Origin: Heptranchias perlo | Taxonomy: Eukaryota | DNA length: 64,000 nucleotides | Direction of reading: 5' to 3' | Assembly (NCBI RefSeq): GCF_035084215.1 | Contig: NC_090362.1 | Span: forward strand, 13,330,001 to 13,394,000 | Part shown: positions 63,584 to 64,000 of the stretch, piece by piece | Position numbering within the stretch: position 1 is the stretch's first letter | How the letters are laid out: each line of letters starts with the position of its first letter | Notes under the pieces: model-generated | The model's input: the letters and a program-made list of their open reading frames with translations, nothing else | The model's database searches: none | Told to the model about the DNA's origin: nothing | Program-made: the position numbers and the translations under genes

Positions 63584-63620
63584 GTTAACGTTTCAGGTCG
63601 ATGACCTTTCATCAGAACCC
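63584..63620 (-). ncRNA. Second minimal hammerhead motif, at the end of a Penelope-type element (63520-63620)
   Basis: Reverse complement gggtt-CTGATGA-a-aggtc(atc)gacct-GAAA-cgtt-aactc. Confidence 0.6.
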
Positions 63621-64000
63621 ATTAGGATCATGTGCCTGGTATTTCTCTGCAGCGACCATGCAGGTGATTTTCCAACGCACATACTATTTTTTTTGATGTA
63701 ACAGGTTCTGAAATCCTTTGTGTGACATAGATGGGGTATTTTCAAATGCTGTGCTTTAATCAGTGAGGATGCAATGAGTTTAAGTTCTGCTCTTACTGTG
63801 TTATTAAAACATTAGATATGCAAATATTGAGCAGCCTCAGAAAGAGGGTGAATGCTATAATGATGAGACTTAGGGCATGGCGGGGGCGGTGTTGGTAATG
63901 AGCTTCATCAGGCCAAAAGATCTTTTCTTGGGAGTTCCTTGTGTTGCTGACCTGGTAGTTTCAGGACAGGGATTATCTAAACTGACAGTGAACATGGAAA

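Overview
This is vertebrate genomic DNA, almost certainly from a cartilaginous fish (shark-type CR1 LINEs, Deu-domain SINEs, Penelope-derived hairpins). It holds five protein-coding genes from the block found on human 15q26.1. They are the last exon of UNC45A (+), complete 8-exon RCCD1 (+, 443 aa), complete 7-coding-exon CIB1 (-, 190 aa), single-coding-exon GDPGP1 (-, 440 aa) and 11 coding exons of a TTLL13/TTLL6-type tubulin polyglutamylase (+). All exon junctions were read by eye and are GT-AG with consistent phases. Introns and intergenic DNA are dense with CR1, L2, Tx1, I/Jockey-like and SINE fragments plus a decayed LTR/ERV-like segment. The most notable signals are: (1) Penelope-type short elements carrying minimal hammerhead-ribozyme cores, often as head-to-head hairpins; (2) a perfect 23x36-bp minisatellite made of 5' splice-site consensus motifs just after RCCD1 exon 1; (3) a GDPGP1/TTLL13 divergent promoter with a ~30-bp-phased CCAAT ladder and an RFX half-site cluster; and (4) a triplicated CTCF-like module upstream of CIB1. 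Gene and repeat names rest on recalled sequences, not database searches. Repeat boundaries are approximate.
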